From positions 109,740,001-109,804,000 of the forward strand of contig OX597819.1 in assembly GCA_951406725.2 (NCBI GenBank): 64,000 bases of DNA, given 5' to 3'. A program made the translations under genes and the position numbers. This stretch comes from Octopus vulgaris (lineage: Eukaryota). Below are positions 13,850-27,384 of the stretch, piece after piece (the stretch's first letter is position 1; each line of letters begins with the position of its first letter). Under the pieces are notes generated by a model. The model saw only the letters and a program-made list of their open reading frames with translations, was not told where the DNA came from and ran no database searches.

Positions 13850-13953
13850 TCACCTGAGGAGATGCGTCTGCACCGAGGGATACACCACAACCACTTGTAA
13901 AATATCTCACCCGCCGGGGATCGATGTGGGATTGGTCGAAATGATCGTTGTGA
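13850..13953 (+). ncRNA. Type I hammerhead-like motif (PLE terminal-repeat relic), long helix II
   Basis: tcac-CTGAGGA-ga...tc-GAAA-tgatcg-TT-gtga; helix I tcac/gtga; near-palindromic helix III. Confidence 0.55.
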
Positions 13954-13993
13954 GCAACAAAGTCTCTCGTATATTCCATTTTTGGTCTCTCTC

Positions 13994-14156
<163 letters not shown>

Positions 14157-14419
14157 CATGTACTCATATATATATATACACACACACATATACAGACATG
14201 CATACATATATTACGCACTCACATACGCACACACATATATGTATTAACAGGTTGACTTATGTCTTCCTGTTACTTTAAGTTTCGTAGAGATGAACAAAGT
14301 ATGACGGAGAACGATGGCTTGTTTCTTAGACAGAGCTTAACTTCCATTTTGCCCGGCAAGTTATTAATGTATTTTACTATTGATTTCAAATTTTGGCTCA
14401 AGGCCTATAATTTCAGGGG

Positions 14420-14585
14420 AGGAGGCAAGTCGATGACATCGATCCTAGTGCTCAACTGGTACCTATTTTATCGACCTCAAAAGGATGAAAATCAAGTCGG
14501 CATTTGAACTCAGAACGTGAGAGCGGACGAAATGTTGCTAAACATTATGCTTTGCACGGTAACAGTTCTGCCAGCTCGCCGCCTT
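14420..14585 (-). mobile_element. Degenerate SINE family B
   Basis: ttgaactcagaacgt...tctgccagctcgccgcctt. Confidence 0.8.
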
Positions 14586-15419
14586 AATGTATATTAATAT
14601 TAAAAGATAAATCCACAGGCACGAAAGACAAAAATTGACTTTAAGGCTGGAATATTTGGGAGACATTTGTTAAAATCTGTAATGTATGTACGTAACGTAT
14701 AATCATCATCATCATCATCCAGTGTTTTAAATCCGGGTTTTGTCCCCGTTAACGGGGGGTGGGGGTAGCGGGATCTGCCTCAATGCTATAGCAACTGAGG
14801 TAGGTAGGTGCATCCCACTCTAAACTTTTGGCTGGCTGGTGCCCATTCTCCTTTGTTGTCATGAAGCTTTTTGGAGCTGGATTTTCCACGGGAAACATGC
14901 CCTTGTTTACTGCCAACCTCAGTTATTAGATATGAATGGGCTCGAGACCAAGGCCTCTACCACGATTTTTAAGAAATGTGGTGGAAAACTAGCCTAGAAA
15001 GGAAGGGACGTTACTCCCTGACACCCCCTTCGAAGCCCCCCTACCAATAGTGAAATATAAATTATACGATGACATTCATGAAAAGCAGCTGTAATTATAA
15101 AACTTCATTATCCAATTCAATTTACCATCAAACCAATTGGAATCTGTCGAAAATTCTTTTGCCAATCTCATTTCAAGAAGCAAATCCTTGTCTGTCAGTT
15201 CTTTGTTTAATGAAAAATTCTAGCCAGAGAATTTAATATCTCTTGTGTCATCCTTGACAGAAGACTTGTCTTTACTTGTTTTGCCAGAAAAAATATTCGT
15301 TTAGCTGTAGCGTAGCAGCTGTTTCAGGAATTAAGTGCAAAAATTTAGCAAATTTTACAAATCTTTGATATTAAATACTTACTGTCGGCTGCATGTATTT
15401 ATTATTTTTTTTTCATTCT

Positions 15420-15900
15420 GATTGTCTCCAACGGCAGTCAAACAATAAGCAGAGATAATCTTCAAATGCTAGATGAGTTATTGAAATCATTGTCAGGCAT
15501 TTCTTTAATAAAATTAATTTACGATGACATGTTCTCTTTGTTGGTCGCCTTCAGGTGCCGTGTCTTCAGCGTTGAATATATTTTGTAACATGCTTAATCG
15601 AAGCGTTTGTGAATAGGAGAGATGTCTGTATCAAAAATACATATATCTGTATTGGTATCGAGCTGTTGACGGAAATATGCCATTCCCAATTTCCATTTCT
15701 ATTTTTTTAGAGAACCATCACTTCCATGATAGTGATATATTTCTGAAACGAAATAGTGTATCTTTGACTTCTGCTTAATATAATCCAAGACGTTATCAAT
15801 TGAATCGTTATTCTCTTTCATATTTTTCACAACTTGTTTTAGTATTTTCAGCCATCTTGTACCACTCTGTTGATTGATATTTTAGGTACTTGCAGTGATT
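15420..15900 (-). pseudogene. Degenerate DNA-transposon-like coding relic (RxGxWxxH motif family)
   Basis: Across frameshifts: FQKYITIMEVMVL..RNGNWEWHI..YF*YRHLSYS..MLQNIFNAEDTAPE. Confidence 0.35.
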
Positions 15901-16069
15901 TTGAGAAATTGTCTGAATGCAAGTACAAGAACTGGCTGAGATTTAATCGGAAGAACGAGTCAAACGTTTCCAATTGAGTTTGACATCTATTTATTCTGCC
16001 TCGAACATCAGTATTCATTTGTGACTATACAATTTATGTCAACATTCGAACAGAATTGAAAAGTCGTAA

Positions 16070-17885
16070 AATAATGCTGGAATCAATGCTGAAAATACTC
16101 GATTCGTACTCGTCATACAGCGTAAGAAACTCAGTTGAAGAATTCAGCTATAAACCAGAATAAAGGATTACCTTCTCGGCATATTTTTGAAGACACGAAG
16201 AAATCTTCAAAGTAGAGTGAAAAAGTTGGCCCGACAAAAAAATGTACGACTACTTTTAAGAAAGATATCTCTTGCCGAACACGAAAAATATAGTAATTAT
16301 ATTCTTTGTCGAAGAAGCTAGGTGAGGTTTGTTTCGATGAAACAATTAATATTTTATTGAAAATTTTCAGTGAAAGAAGTTCCCTGCTCAGTACCCGCTG
16401 GCAATGTTAAATTTGGTCAAATAACATGAAGATTTCGTCACCTATGCCGGAGTGGTTAACAGAGAGTGTGAGAAATTTAAATTTAATGGGTTGACCCAGG
16501 CATGTTCAAGTATTTAATTTTTGTTCAAGGGATTACTGCAAGCAAAGATGTAGGCATACGATCCTGGATATTAACAAAATTAGAATTGGACAAAAATTTA
16601 ACCCTGCTGGCAGTAGTAGAAGAATGCCAGAGCATTATAAATCTACAACTTGACGTAAATAAAATTGAAGAAAGAAAGATTTCCCTCATATTCAAGCGTG
16701 CCAACCGATATCGGATAGGAAAAAAATATAAATATAAAAACTAAATCCATATTATGGCTGCGGTTTTAAAAATATTTCTAAATATTTAAAAAATGACTGC
16801 CCACTAAAAAAGTATTGAATGCTTCAGGCGTGGTAAAATAGTATATAAAAAGTTGCCTTGTAGGACAGAACTTAAAAATAAAAACGAACTGTATCGTTCG
16901 TAGCGTTAGAACAGATAAATTTAGAGTTTGGAAGACTAGAAAAGATTGAAGTTATCCAAAAAGTGGAATATAGTCAGTGGGCATCACCAGCTGGGTACGT
17001 TAAGAAAAAGAATAATAAAATCAGAGTGTCTGCTGATTTTTCTACTAGTTTAAACGAATGTCTTAAAACGTGCCACTATCCGCTACCTACTCCAGAAGAT
17101 ATTTTTGTGAAATTAAACGGTAGCAAGACATTTTCTAAATTGAGTTTCTTTGACACGAACCTACAAATTAGAGTAGACGATAAATGCTCTAAATACCTAA
17201 CAATTAACACTCTTAAAGGACTGTATAAATACAACAGTTTGCTGTTTGGCTTAAAAGTCTCACCAGCGATTTTTCAAAAGACCATGGATGCAATGTTAGT
17301 GAACTGTGAATTCACAATTCCATATCTGGATGATATACTCATTAAAAGCGAAGCCATGGATCAACTCGTAGAGTACGTATAATATAAAAAAATTCGAAAA
17401 AATTCGGGATTACGGCCTTACTTTGAGTGAAGAAAAGTGTGAATTTTTCTTACCGAAAATAGGATATTTAAGACAAATCATTGACAGAAATTGACGTCGA
17501 CCAGACCTGCTGAGAGCTGACGCAATTAAAAATATGCCTCCTCCAGCAAATATAGCGACCTTGCAATCTTTTTTAGGACCGGCAAGTTACTAACCAAAAA
17601 TATATTCCAAATGTGCATAAGGTGAGGGTTCCACTGAAATATCTGCTGAAAAAAGATATGAAATGGAATTGGTCGGAAAATTGTAAAAAGGCATTTGACG
17701 AAATTTAAAAAAAATTATTATCTGATTTGTTATTAGCATACTTCAATACAGCAGCGGAGATTGTTGTAGCTTCCGATGCTACTGAGTTCGGTGTAAGAGC
17801 AGTAATGCTACATAAATATAAAGATGGCAACATGAAGACGGTGGTTTATGCTTCACGTTCACTGATATCAGCAGAGAAAAATTGA
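16070..17885 (+). mobile_element. Degenerate Ty3/Gypsy retrotransposon internal region (gag, RT, RNase H)
   Basis: gag DFVTYAGVVNRECEKFK..LIFVQG; RT WASP..VKKKNNKIRVSADFS..YPLPTPEDIF..FGLKVSPAIFQ..YLDD; RNase H ASDATEFGV..YASRSL..AEKN. Confidence 0.9.
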
Positions 17886-18862
17886 ATTCGTTTATATATG
17901 TTTTTCAGCAATTTAATCTAACACAAAAATATAAGTATCAGCCCTTCCAATTTCAATAGCAGCAGCCTAAAAACTCAGAGTCACTGTTCCGCGAAACATT
18001 GACGAACATATTTTCCAATCAGAAAATTCTTTTGTTAAACACTTATTTCTAAAACTTTAATATGTAATTTTGAAATTTCGTTATATTTTGTATATAAAAA
18101 TAATTTGGATGAATGTAGTTTTGAAATGAATAAAAAACAGCGAACAAGCTTACTTGCAAAGAACGTTCTTGGTCGCTAAATGTCCATTTGGTGAAATTTA
18201 CGTTAGTCTGGTTGTGTAATACAAATAAACCACGGAGCAGTTTCGTTGGCTGTTTAAGTTGATGTTGATAGAGGTAATGAAGCACAAATTACTACAACAG
18301 CAATGACTTTAATAGAAGCCTCTGATTGTACTTGTAATTCTGTTGTACAGTTTCTTTTAGCAACCGAAAAACAGGAATCATTAAGATAAATCGATTCTTG
18401 TTGCTAACATTGGACATGCTTAGAAATTTCAATAACCTCATTTTATAAAGTTTTCATAAGTAAACTCAAACATTTTCTCAGTGGACAGTCAACATATTAC
18501 TTAATTATATTGATCTGATAAATTGAAGATTTTTACCTGTTCAGTTCCATAACATCATATATGAACACTTGAAGTATCTGATGCAGAAGTGAGTATAGAA
18601 CGGACAATTGGATAATGACATGGTGTTTCTATACGCGTGCCAAGAGGACACACACTCTGATATTCTCTCTTCATGTGATTCGTGATTAGAACTATATAAT
18701 TACGGAAGACTCTAGACAAGTTTAATAGGACCAACTATAATTAACATTTTTGAGAAGTCATATTTCATATTGCTTGCAGTATGACATATCACGAGAAAAG
18801 TTATACAAGTTATTCTTGAGATGGTAATTTTCAGACTTCTGTGTATACACACACACACACAC

Positions 18863-18944
<82 letters not shown>

Positions 18945-20183
18945 AACACACACACACATGTATATACATGTATGTACATACATATATGTACAGATAAACG
19001 TACACACACACACATATATATATTAATACACACACATATATATATATATTAACACACACGCTTGCAGTTGGTTCCATTATGCTGTTATTATCAATTCAGC
19101 GCACGAATTATATTGAATCACGAAAATAATTTTTTTCCAGTATAAAGAGGCAATTTTAGTCAGAAAGGGTTAATTAAGTAAAACAAATAGCAATTTCCAT
19201 TAGAAATAAAAATCAACAATTTACAAAACAAAGTAATGATCTGCTACGAAAAGATAAAAATCTGAGAAAGCTGGCGATGTTCCTCTGTCAGCAAAAATCT
19301 AATCTCTATGTAAATTAAGCGGAAATGTATATTGATTGTGGCAGCACTTCTTTTCGTTCGAGGCACTTTGAAGGCGAGCTTAAGCGTGTTTCTATGTACT
19401 TCGATTCCATTTACGCATTGATATCGTTTCGTTTCGCATTTTTCAAATGTGACATGATATCTTGTCAGACGAGTGCTAAAATAAAATTTCTCTAGTTTTG
19501 ATATCTAATACGTTACTTATCAAACAAACATTTGTATTTCACTATTCGAAAGTTCGCGAATGTCGTCGCTCTTTATATCATTATTTTCAGATGCTTTGAA
19601 AATAATATTTACAAATAATATTGACCGTCGTTAAAATATAATCGAAATGTATAAGTAGAAAGAATAGATTGAAAGACTATTTAAATAGATGAAGTTAGAA
19701 CGAAAGGTGTTTACGCGCGCGCGCACACACACTCAAACATACACACACATACATACAAACACACACACAAATGCACTCTCACATACTCAGACACGTTAAT
19801 AAATTAATAAAAGAAGAAAGTAGTCAGAAGTTGGTAAAAACAGTTTATTACTCATATTGTCTCAATTCTTTATCTCTTCGTAGAACTTTTCGAAAAATTG
19901 TGTAATACTGTATTTGGAGCTTTCGCTTCACACACACACACACACAAACTCATACACACGAATTAACTTTCAATTCGTATACTTTGGCAGGTTTTATTCT
20001 CTATCCTTTTTATTATTTTAATTTATGTTATATATTCAATGTCAACTGTAGCCAAACCCATTCGCAGGTTATTAGCCCCAAATTATTCTACCCTTCGTCA
20101 GTGTACTCCCAAGAGGAACTCAGTATATGTAATAGGATGTCTTTTTACACAAAACATCTGAGGTAGATTGCACTGGCTGATGC

Positions 20184-20254
20184 AACACAACTAGATGCAC
20201 AATATCCTACCGGTAAGGGACAGTTGCAGGATGAGTCGAAACGATCGTCGTGTT
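20184..20254 (+). ncRNA. Decayed hammerhead motif followed by AATAAA (PLE 3' end)
   Basis: aacac...gtc-GAAA-cgatcg-TC-gtgtt; helix III palindrome ACGATCGT intact; CTGANGA core mutated. Confidence 0.45.
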
Positions 20255-20289
20255 AAATAAAGATTTATACCAAATCCACTTTCCCTCAT

Positions 20290-20393
<104 letters not shown>

Positions 20394-20438
20394 AAACAAG
20401 TCAAGATAGAAAATGCTAAAATAATTTTATAAAGAACA

Positions 20439-20481
20439 TTTCAATACCGGTTTCAGTCATTTGAGACCTTTTCAACTGTAA
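20439..20481 (-). ncRNA. Type I minimal hammerhead, U3-A8 core variant (copy 1)
   Basis: ttacag-TTGAAAA-ggtc-tcaaat-gact-GAAA-ccgg-TA-ttgaaa. Confidence 0.6.
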
Positions 20482-20542
20482 CGATTAAATAATTAAATTT
20501 AGAAAAATTAAAAGAAAAGTTTTTTTAAAAGAATATTTGTAT

Positions 20543-20672
20543 ATTTAAGTTTAAATTGTCAAAATATTTTCGTCGCTAAAATCCGCGACCTGTTCACTGA
20601 CAAAAATCCGTCAGTCAGTGAACAGGTCGCGGATTTTAGCGACGAAAATATTTTAACAAATTAAACTTAAAT
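20543..20672. repeat. Long inverted repeat (41-bp perfect stem, 12-nt loop); second copy at ~22468-22597
   Basis: 20561-20601 is the exact reverse complement of 20614-20654. Confidence 0.95.
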
Positions 20673-20897
20673 GTTGAAGTGAATATTTGTATAGTGTTCA
20701 AATATAAGTGGCATTTTCCTTGTTTCTGCCTTTCTCTGTCTCTCTTGTTTACACTTGTGGGTTCGAGGTCGTATATATATATATTCTTTCTGTGGGCGTG
20801 TTTGTGGAGTTGTTAGCTAATTCCTACATCGTTTTATCGATGTGCATATATATATACATATATATATATATTCATATATATATACATACATACGTTC

Positions 20898-20976
<79 letters not shown>

Positions 20977-21536
20977 GGATTAAACAAAAGACAAAAAATA
21001 GAAAATATGACATACCTGTATATATATATATATATATATATGACAAAGAAAAACGTGTAGTAAGTACACATACGAAAATATACTATATACACAGATGAAC
21101 GGAAAACACAGACGGTCACCAACTCATCTTCAGCTATCGGCCAGAAGGTCGAGCGCAATTTCTTGCCGGGAATGGACCAAAACGAGAATGACTCAAAACG
21201 AGAATGAACCAAAAACGAGACGGGCTCGAGACGAGACCGTTAGTAGACGGGCAAGGGACAAGATAATAAACAGAATAAAGGCTTAGGGCCACACGAAAAC
21301 AACAATTAAAATGATAATACATATACCGCAAAAAAGCCTTAGGGTTGCAAGACAAGACAAAAATAGGTAACTCGAAGTAGGAAAGAAAAACTGTCCCATA
21401 GGACTATAGAAACAGGGGTGGGGTGTGCAGAGCGGGAAGCTCAGAAAATCGTGACCAGTCCGCTCGAAGGCAACGTGACATCACCTTAGGCTGTCACGGT
21501 TCACGTGATAGTAGGAGGAGGATAACAGAAAGATAG

Positions 21537-21594
<58 letters not shown>

Positions 21595-22220
21595 GAGAGA
21601 GCTGGAGAGGAGAAGAAAAGAAATTAAGAGAAGCGAGGAGCTCAGAAAGTCGTGATCAGTCCGGTCGAAGGCAACGCAAAAAAGAATAACACTGCCTTAG
21701 GCTGTCACGGATCATGTGATAGTGGGAGGAGGGTAAGAGAAAGACAGACAACGAGATAGATAGATAGATAGAGAGACAGAGAGAGAGAGAGAGAGAAAGA
21801 AAGCGCGAGGAAGAGAGTGAGAGAGAGGGAATATAACTATAAGATGCAAGGATCGATGTGTAGGAAGAAAGTTAGCTTCAAGCAACCCGTAGTAAATATA
21901 AAAAAAAACAACTTTCAGGGACAAATGTGGTTTATTGAGACGGAAGGTTGTGGATTTTTCGTATCAAAGTACGATAAACTGAGAGAACTTTATATATTTC
22001 ATGGTAGGCGACCAGGGTTGCCGGGTGTGCGAATAAGAATACAAGAGTTAAGGAATAGAGTAGATAAGCTCCGGGCAAAAGGTACATATTAACACATGGA
22101 AGATTCAAGATGTCCTGAAGAGTGGCCTGCGGTATACATCGCGCTTGGATATTTACCACTTCCGAATTTCGGCTCGCTATAGAACATATGTAGCCCGGAT
22201 CTTATCTACTCCCTTCTTTA

Positions 22221-22318
<98 letters not shown>

Positions 22319-22363
22319 AAACAAGTCAAGATAGAAAATGCTAAAATAATTTTATAAAGAACA

Positions 22364-22406
22364 TTTCAATACCGGTTTCAGTCATTTGAGACCTTTTCAA
22401 CTGTAA
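22364..22406 (-). ncRNA. Type I minimal hammerhead, U3-A8 core variant (copy 2)
   Basis: Identical to 20439-20481. Confidence 0.6.
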
Positions 22407-22822
22407 CGATTAAATAATTAAATTTAGAAAAATTAAAAGAAAAGTTTTTTTAAAAGAATATTTGTATATTTAAGTTTAAATTGTCAAAATATTTTCGTCG
22501 CTAAAATCCGCGACCTGTTCACTGACAAAAATCCGTCAGTCAGTGAACAGGTCGCGGATTTTAGCGACGAAAATATTTTAACAAATTAAACTTAAATGTT
22601 GAAGTGAATATTTGTATAGTGTTCAAATATAAGTGGCATTTTCCTTGTTTCTGCCTTTCTCTGTCTCTCTTGTTTACACTTGTGGGTTCGAGGTCGTATA
22701 TATATATATTCTTTCTGTGGGCGTGTTTGTGGAGTTGTTAGCTAATTCCTACATCGTTTTATCGATGTGCATATATATATACATATATATATATATTCAT
22801 ATATATATACATACATACGTTC

Positions 22823-22882
<60 letters not shown>

Positions 22883-23445
22883 TCAGGATTAAACAAAAGA
22901 CAACAAATAGAAAATATGACATACCTGTATATATATATATATATATATATGACAAAGAAAAACGTGTAGTAAGTACACATACGAAAATATACTATATACA
23001 CAGATGAACGGAAAACACAGACGGTCACCAACTCATCTTCAGCTATCGGCCAGAAGGTCGAGCGCAATTTCTTGCCGGGAATGGACCAAAACGAGAATGA
23101 CTCAAAACGAGAATGAACCAAAAACGAGACGGGCTCGAGACGAGACCGTTAGTAGACGGGCAAGGGACAAGATAATAAACAGAATAAAGGCTTAGGGCCA
23201 CACGAAAACAACAATTAAAATGATAATACATATACCGCAAAAAAGCCTTAGGGTTGCAAGACAAGACAAAAATAGGTAACTCGAAGTAGGAAAGAAAAAC
23301 TGTCCCATAGGACTATAGAAACAGGGGTGGGGTGTGCAGAGCGGGAAGCTCAGAAAATCGTGACCAGTCCGCTCGAAGGCAACGTGACATCACCTTAGGC
23401 TGTCACGGTTCACGTGATAGTAGGAGGAGGATAACAGAAAGATAG

Positions 23446-23511
<66 letters not shown>

Positions 23512-24143
23512 GGAGAGGAGAAGAAAAGAAATTAAGAGAAGCGAGGAGCTCAGAAAGTCGTGATCAGTCCGGTCGAAGGCAACGCAAAAAAGAATAACAC
23601 TGCCTTAGGCTGTCACGGATCATGTGATAGTGGGAGGAGGGTAAGAGAAAGACAGACAACGAGATAGATAGATAGATAGAGAGACAGAGAGAGAGAGAGA
23701 GAGAAAGAAAGCGCGAGGAAGAGAGTGAGAGAGAGGGAATATAACTATAAGATGCAAGGATCGATGTGTAGGAAGAAAGTTAGCTTCAAGCAACCCGTAG
23801 TAAATATAAAAAAAAACAACTTTCAGGGACAAATGTGGTTTATTGAGACGGAAGGTTGTGGATTTTTCGTATCAAAGTACGATAAACTGAGAGAACTTTA
23901 TATATTTCATGGTAGGCGACCAGGGTTGCCGGGTGTGCGAATAAGAATACAAGAGTTAAGGAATAGAGTAGATAAGCTCCGGGCAAAAGGTACATATTAA
24001 CACATGGAAGATTCAAGATGTCCTGAAGAGTGGCCTGCGGTATACATCGCGCTTGGATATTTACCACTTCCGAATTTCGGCTCGCTATAGAACATATGTA
24101 GCCCGGATCTTATCTACTCCCTTCTTTAACTTTTATATATATA

Positions 24144-24199
<56 letters not shown>

Positions 24200-24206
<7 letters not shown>

Positions 24207-24600
24207 ACACTACATATGTGGGAAATTCTGTCTGTGGGCGTGTTTGTGGAGTTGTTAGCTAACTCCTACATCGTTTTATCGATTTTGATGAAACTTGACA
24301 CGTGAGTAGAACTCATGTTTGGAAACCTCATGGAATACTCAGATTGTTGAATCGATAATAGCGCCCTTGGAAGGGATTCTTATATATAGACAAGGGAAAT
24401 AACCCATGCATTTTTCCTAAATTATTTGGCATAAATCAAATTGAGTATGCTTATTTCTTAGTATTTGAACTCGTAGAGCTATTTTCGCAATTTATCCAGT
24501 ACAACCCTTAAACAAGTAAATAGTATTTTCCTAAACAATAGATCCACTTATTTCGGTTAGTAACTTATTCACAAATGTACCGGTACTAGCGCCGCTGAGG
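24200..24600 (+). mobile_element. Non-autonomous Helitron-like element
   Basis: cgattttgatgaaacttgacac matches the minus strand of 12117-12487, and aagggaaataac occurs in both; its 5' piece also lies at 20785-20841 and 22710-22766; 3' end unclear. Confidence 0.5.
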
Positions 24601-24734
24601 GTAATATTCTCTGAGAACGAACAAAAACCCTTTTCAGAGTTATTTACTTTGAATTGTTATTATCTCATATCTGATTAGCCTGTTATCACATAACATGCTT
24701 CATAATTTTAGTATACATACATTATTAGTACTTC

Positions 24735-25255
24735 CTCCTAAGTTCTATATGCTCTGGCAACGCATTAAAGCCCTTTCGGGGCTACTTTATTTTCTCTCTC
24801 TCGTTGCTCACACGTAACCATCGTCCATCTTTCTTTTCCTGCACGGACATTCAAAGGACAGGGCGTTTTTTTCTCTTTCTGCTATCTTTTCTCTTTTCAA
24901 AGAGATATTTCTCCCAGCGTTCACTATTTTCCTCTCGTACTGGTATAACGATCCTTCATGTTTGTTTTCGTTCGGTTTACTTGTATGCCTCCACTGTCCT
25001 GTTGTTGTTCCCAACTTTGACCCTCCATAAATCCTAAATGCTATTTTAGAATTTAGAGGAGCAACTGTCTTTGAAGACTCATATTGTCGTTGAATGCTCG
25101 AAATGAGGAGTAGATAGACAGCCGACAACTGATGAAGGGTCGTTTCTCTGTGTTTATTTGTCCTGTTTTCTATTTTCTCCTGTTGTTTGCGTATTTAACT
25201 CGTTTGTTTTCGTATTTCATGTTGTTTACACAGTTGGTGACGTCCTGTACGCACA
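24735..25255 (+). repeat. Unclassified repeat family (same as 922-1300)
   Basis: gccgacaaCTGATGAagg at 25121-25138 and shared flanks. Confidence 0.6.
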
Positions 25256-25268
25256 TATCCCATATATG

Positions 25269-25302
<34 letters not shown>

Positions 25303-26014
25303 CACATATACATATATATATCATTTATATTAATATATATATACTATCTGTCTATCTATTATATCTCTCTCTCTATGTATATCTACACATATATAATACT
25401 CACATGACCATACGTACATAGGCTCACATGACCACACGTACATAGGTTTAATGTATATATATTAATTAGTTAATTACTATCTAGATATTCGCTCAATTCT
25501 CATTACTTGTAATGTACACAGAAGACATATCCAACTATTAATCAAATATTATAGATTGTACAATCTAGTGTTCAATCATCTTCCATATTTTGCCTATATT
25601 CCTACTTCGTATATACACGCATGCACACATTCATTCATTCATTCATTTATTCATACATAATACATGCACACTTACATACGTACATACAGACGAACGTTCA
25701 TGTGTACGTTTCTACACACATACATATATACATACATTCACATACATACGTACATAAATACATGCATACACAGCATACATACATACATAAATACATGCAT
25801 ACATACATTCATAGATACATACATACATACATACATACATACCTACATACATACATGCGTACATACATTCATACATACATACATAACTTCCTTCTAATAA
25901 TTTCCGAATATGTAAGAAAGTTATAAATAACTTAATACGCTAAAAGTATTACGACAATAACATCTAATTACTTCTGGCGTTATTTGTTTCAGTTTGTGTA
26001 TACATACATACACC

Positions 26015-26084
<70 letters not shown>

Positions 26085-26330
26085 TACATACATACATACA
26101 AACATACATACATACATACAAACTTTCATACATACATACATACATACATACGTACATACATACATACATACATACATACATACATCCATACATCCATACA
26201 TCCATACATACATACACTCCCCCATATATATATATATATATAGACACACTGACATATACACGTATATACATATATATTTATTTATGTATGCATATATATG
26301 AATGTATATATATATGTCTATATATATATG

Positions 26331-26379
<49 letters not shown>

Positions 26380-26439
26380 GCATACATCTATATCTATCTG
26401 CCAATGTATAGATACGACTACACACGCTTACAATACGAT

Positions 26440-26850
26440 TACATGTCCACACCAACCACCCTCTCCGCCCTATCCCACACCACTGTATTCTCATACTAGC
26501 ACACTTTTGCTTCCCCACAACACTCTCACATACACACTTTTCTCTTATGCGTTTATCAATACGTGGATGTGCACCCCTACGTGCTTATACACCCTTCTCT
26601 CACTTGTCTTCTGAACCCGCGCCCTACTCTGACCTGCGCTCTAACTATATCAGTTGTTTTCCCTCTCCAACCACTTTTTTCTTTTTTACTCTATTCCTGT
26701 ATTTTTATTCGCTAAGTCTCTTTCAATGAAGGATTTACATCCGAAACGTCAATATTATTTCTATTTCCTTTTAGCGTTAACTTATACAGCATTTGTACAT
26801 TTATTAAAACATACTCCTTCAGTGCTAACTTCTTTCTTTTTGTGTTAATT
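26440..26850 (+). mobile_element. Decayed PLE 3' terminal repeat with HHR remnant
   Basis: tttcaatgaa-ggat-ttac-atcc-GAAA-cg-TC at 26721-26750; composition resembles the minus strand of 59830-60360. Confidence 0.45.
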
Positions 26851-26873
26851 TCCTTTAATATACTGTCTATGTA

Positions 26874-27210
26874 GTGAAGGCGCATGGCGCAGTGGTTAGA
26901 GCGAAGAGCTTACGATCGTGTGGTTGTGAGTTCGAATCTCGTACCGGGCTGCGTATTGTGTTCTTCAGCAAGACACTTTATTTCACGTTGCTCCAGTTCA
27001 CTCAGCTGTAGAAATGAGTTGTGACGTTACTGGTGCCATGCTGTATCAGCCTTTGCCTTTCCCTTGGATAACAGTGGTGGTATGGAGAGGTGAGGCCGGT
27101 ATGCATGGGGGACTGCTGGTCTTCCATAAACAACATTGCCCGGACTTGTGCCTGGGAGGCTAACTTTCTAGGTGCAATCCCATGGTCAGTGTCGTGACCG
27201 AAGGGGGTCT
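26874..27210 (+). mobile_element. tRNA-derived SINE family D
   Basis: tggcgcagtggttagagcg (A box), gagttcgaatc (B box), core gcaagacactttatttcacgttgctccagttcactcagctg. Confidence 0.88.
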
Positions 27211-27384
27211 CAGACAGTCTATGTATGCATGTATGTATGTATGTACGTATGTATGTATGCATGTATGTATGTATGTATGTATGTATGTATGTATGTATGT
27301 ATGTATGTATGTATGTATGCATGCATGCATGCATGCATGTATGTATGTATGTATGTATGTATGTATGTATGTATACATGTATGT

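Noticed and set aside
21817-22159. Duplicated ORFs in the tandem unit as genes
   Set aside because: Short, no recognisable domains; identity simply reflects the recent duplication
26874-26950. tRNA-like sequence (also 12770-12846, 39830-39905, 50190-50262)
   Set aside because: SINE heads: imperfect cloverleaf, continuing into shared SINE bodies
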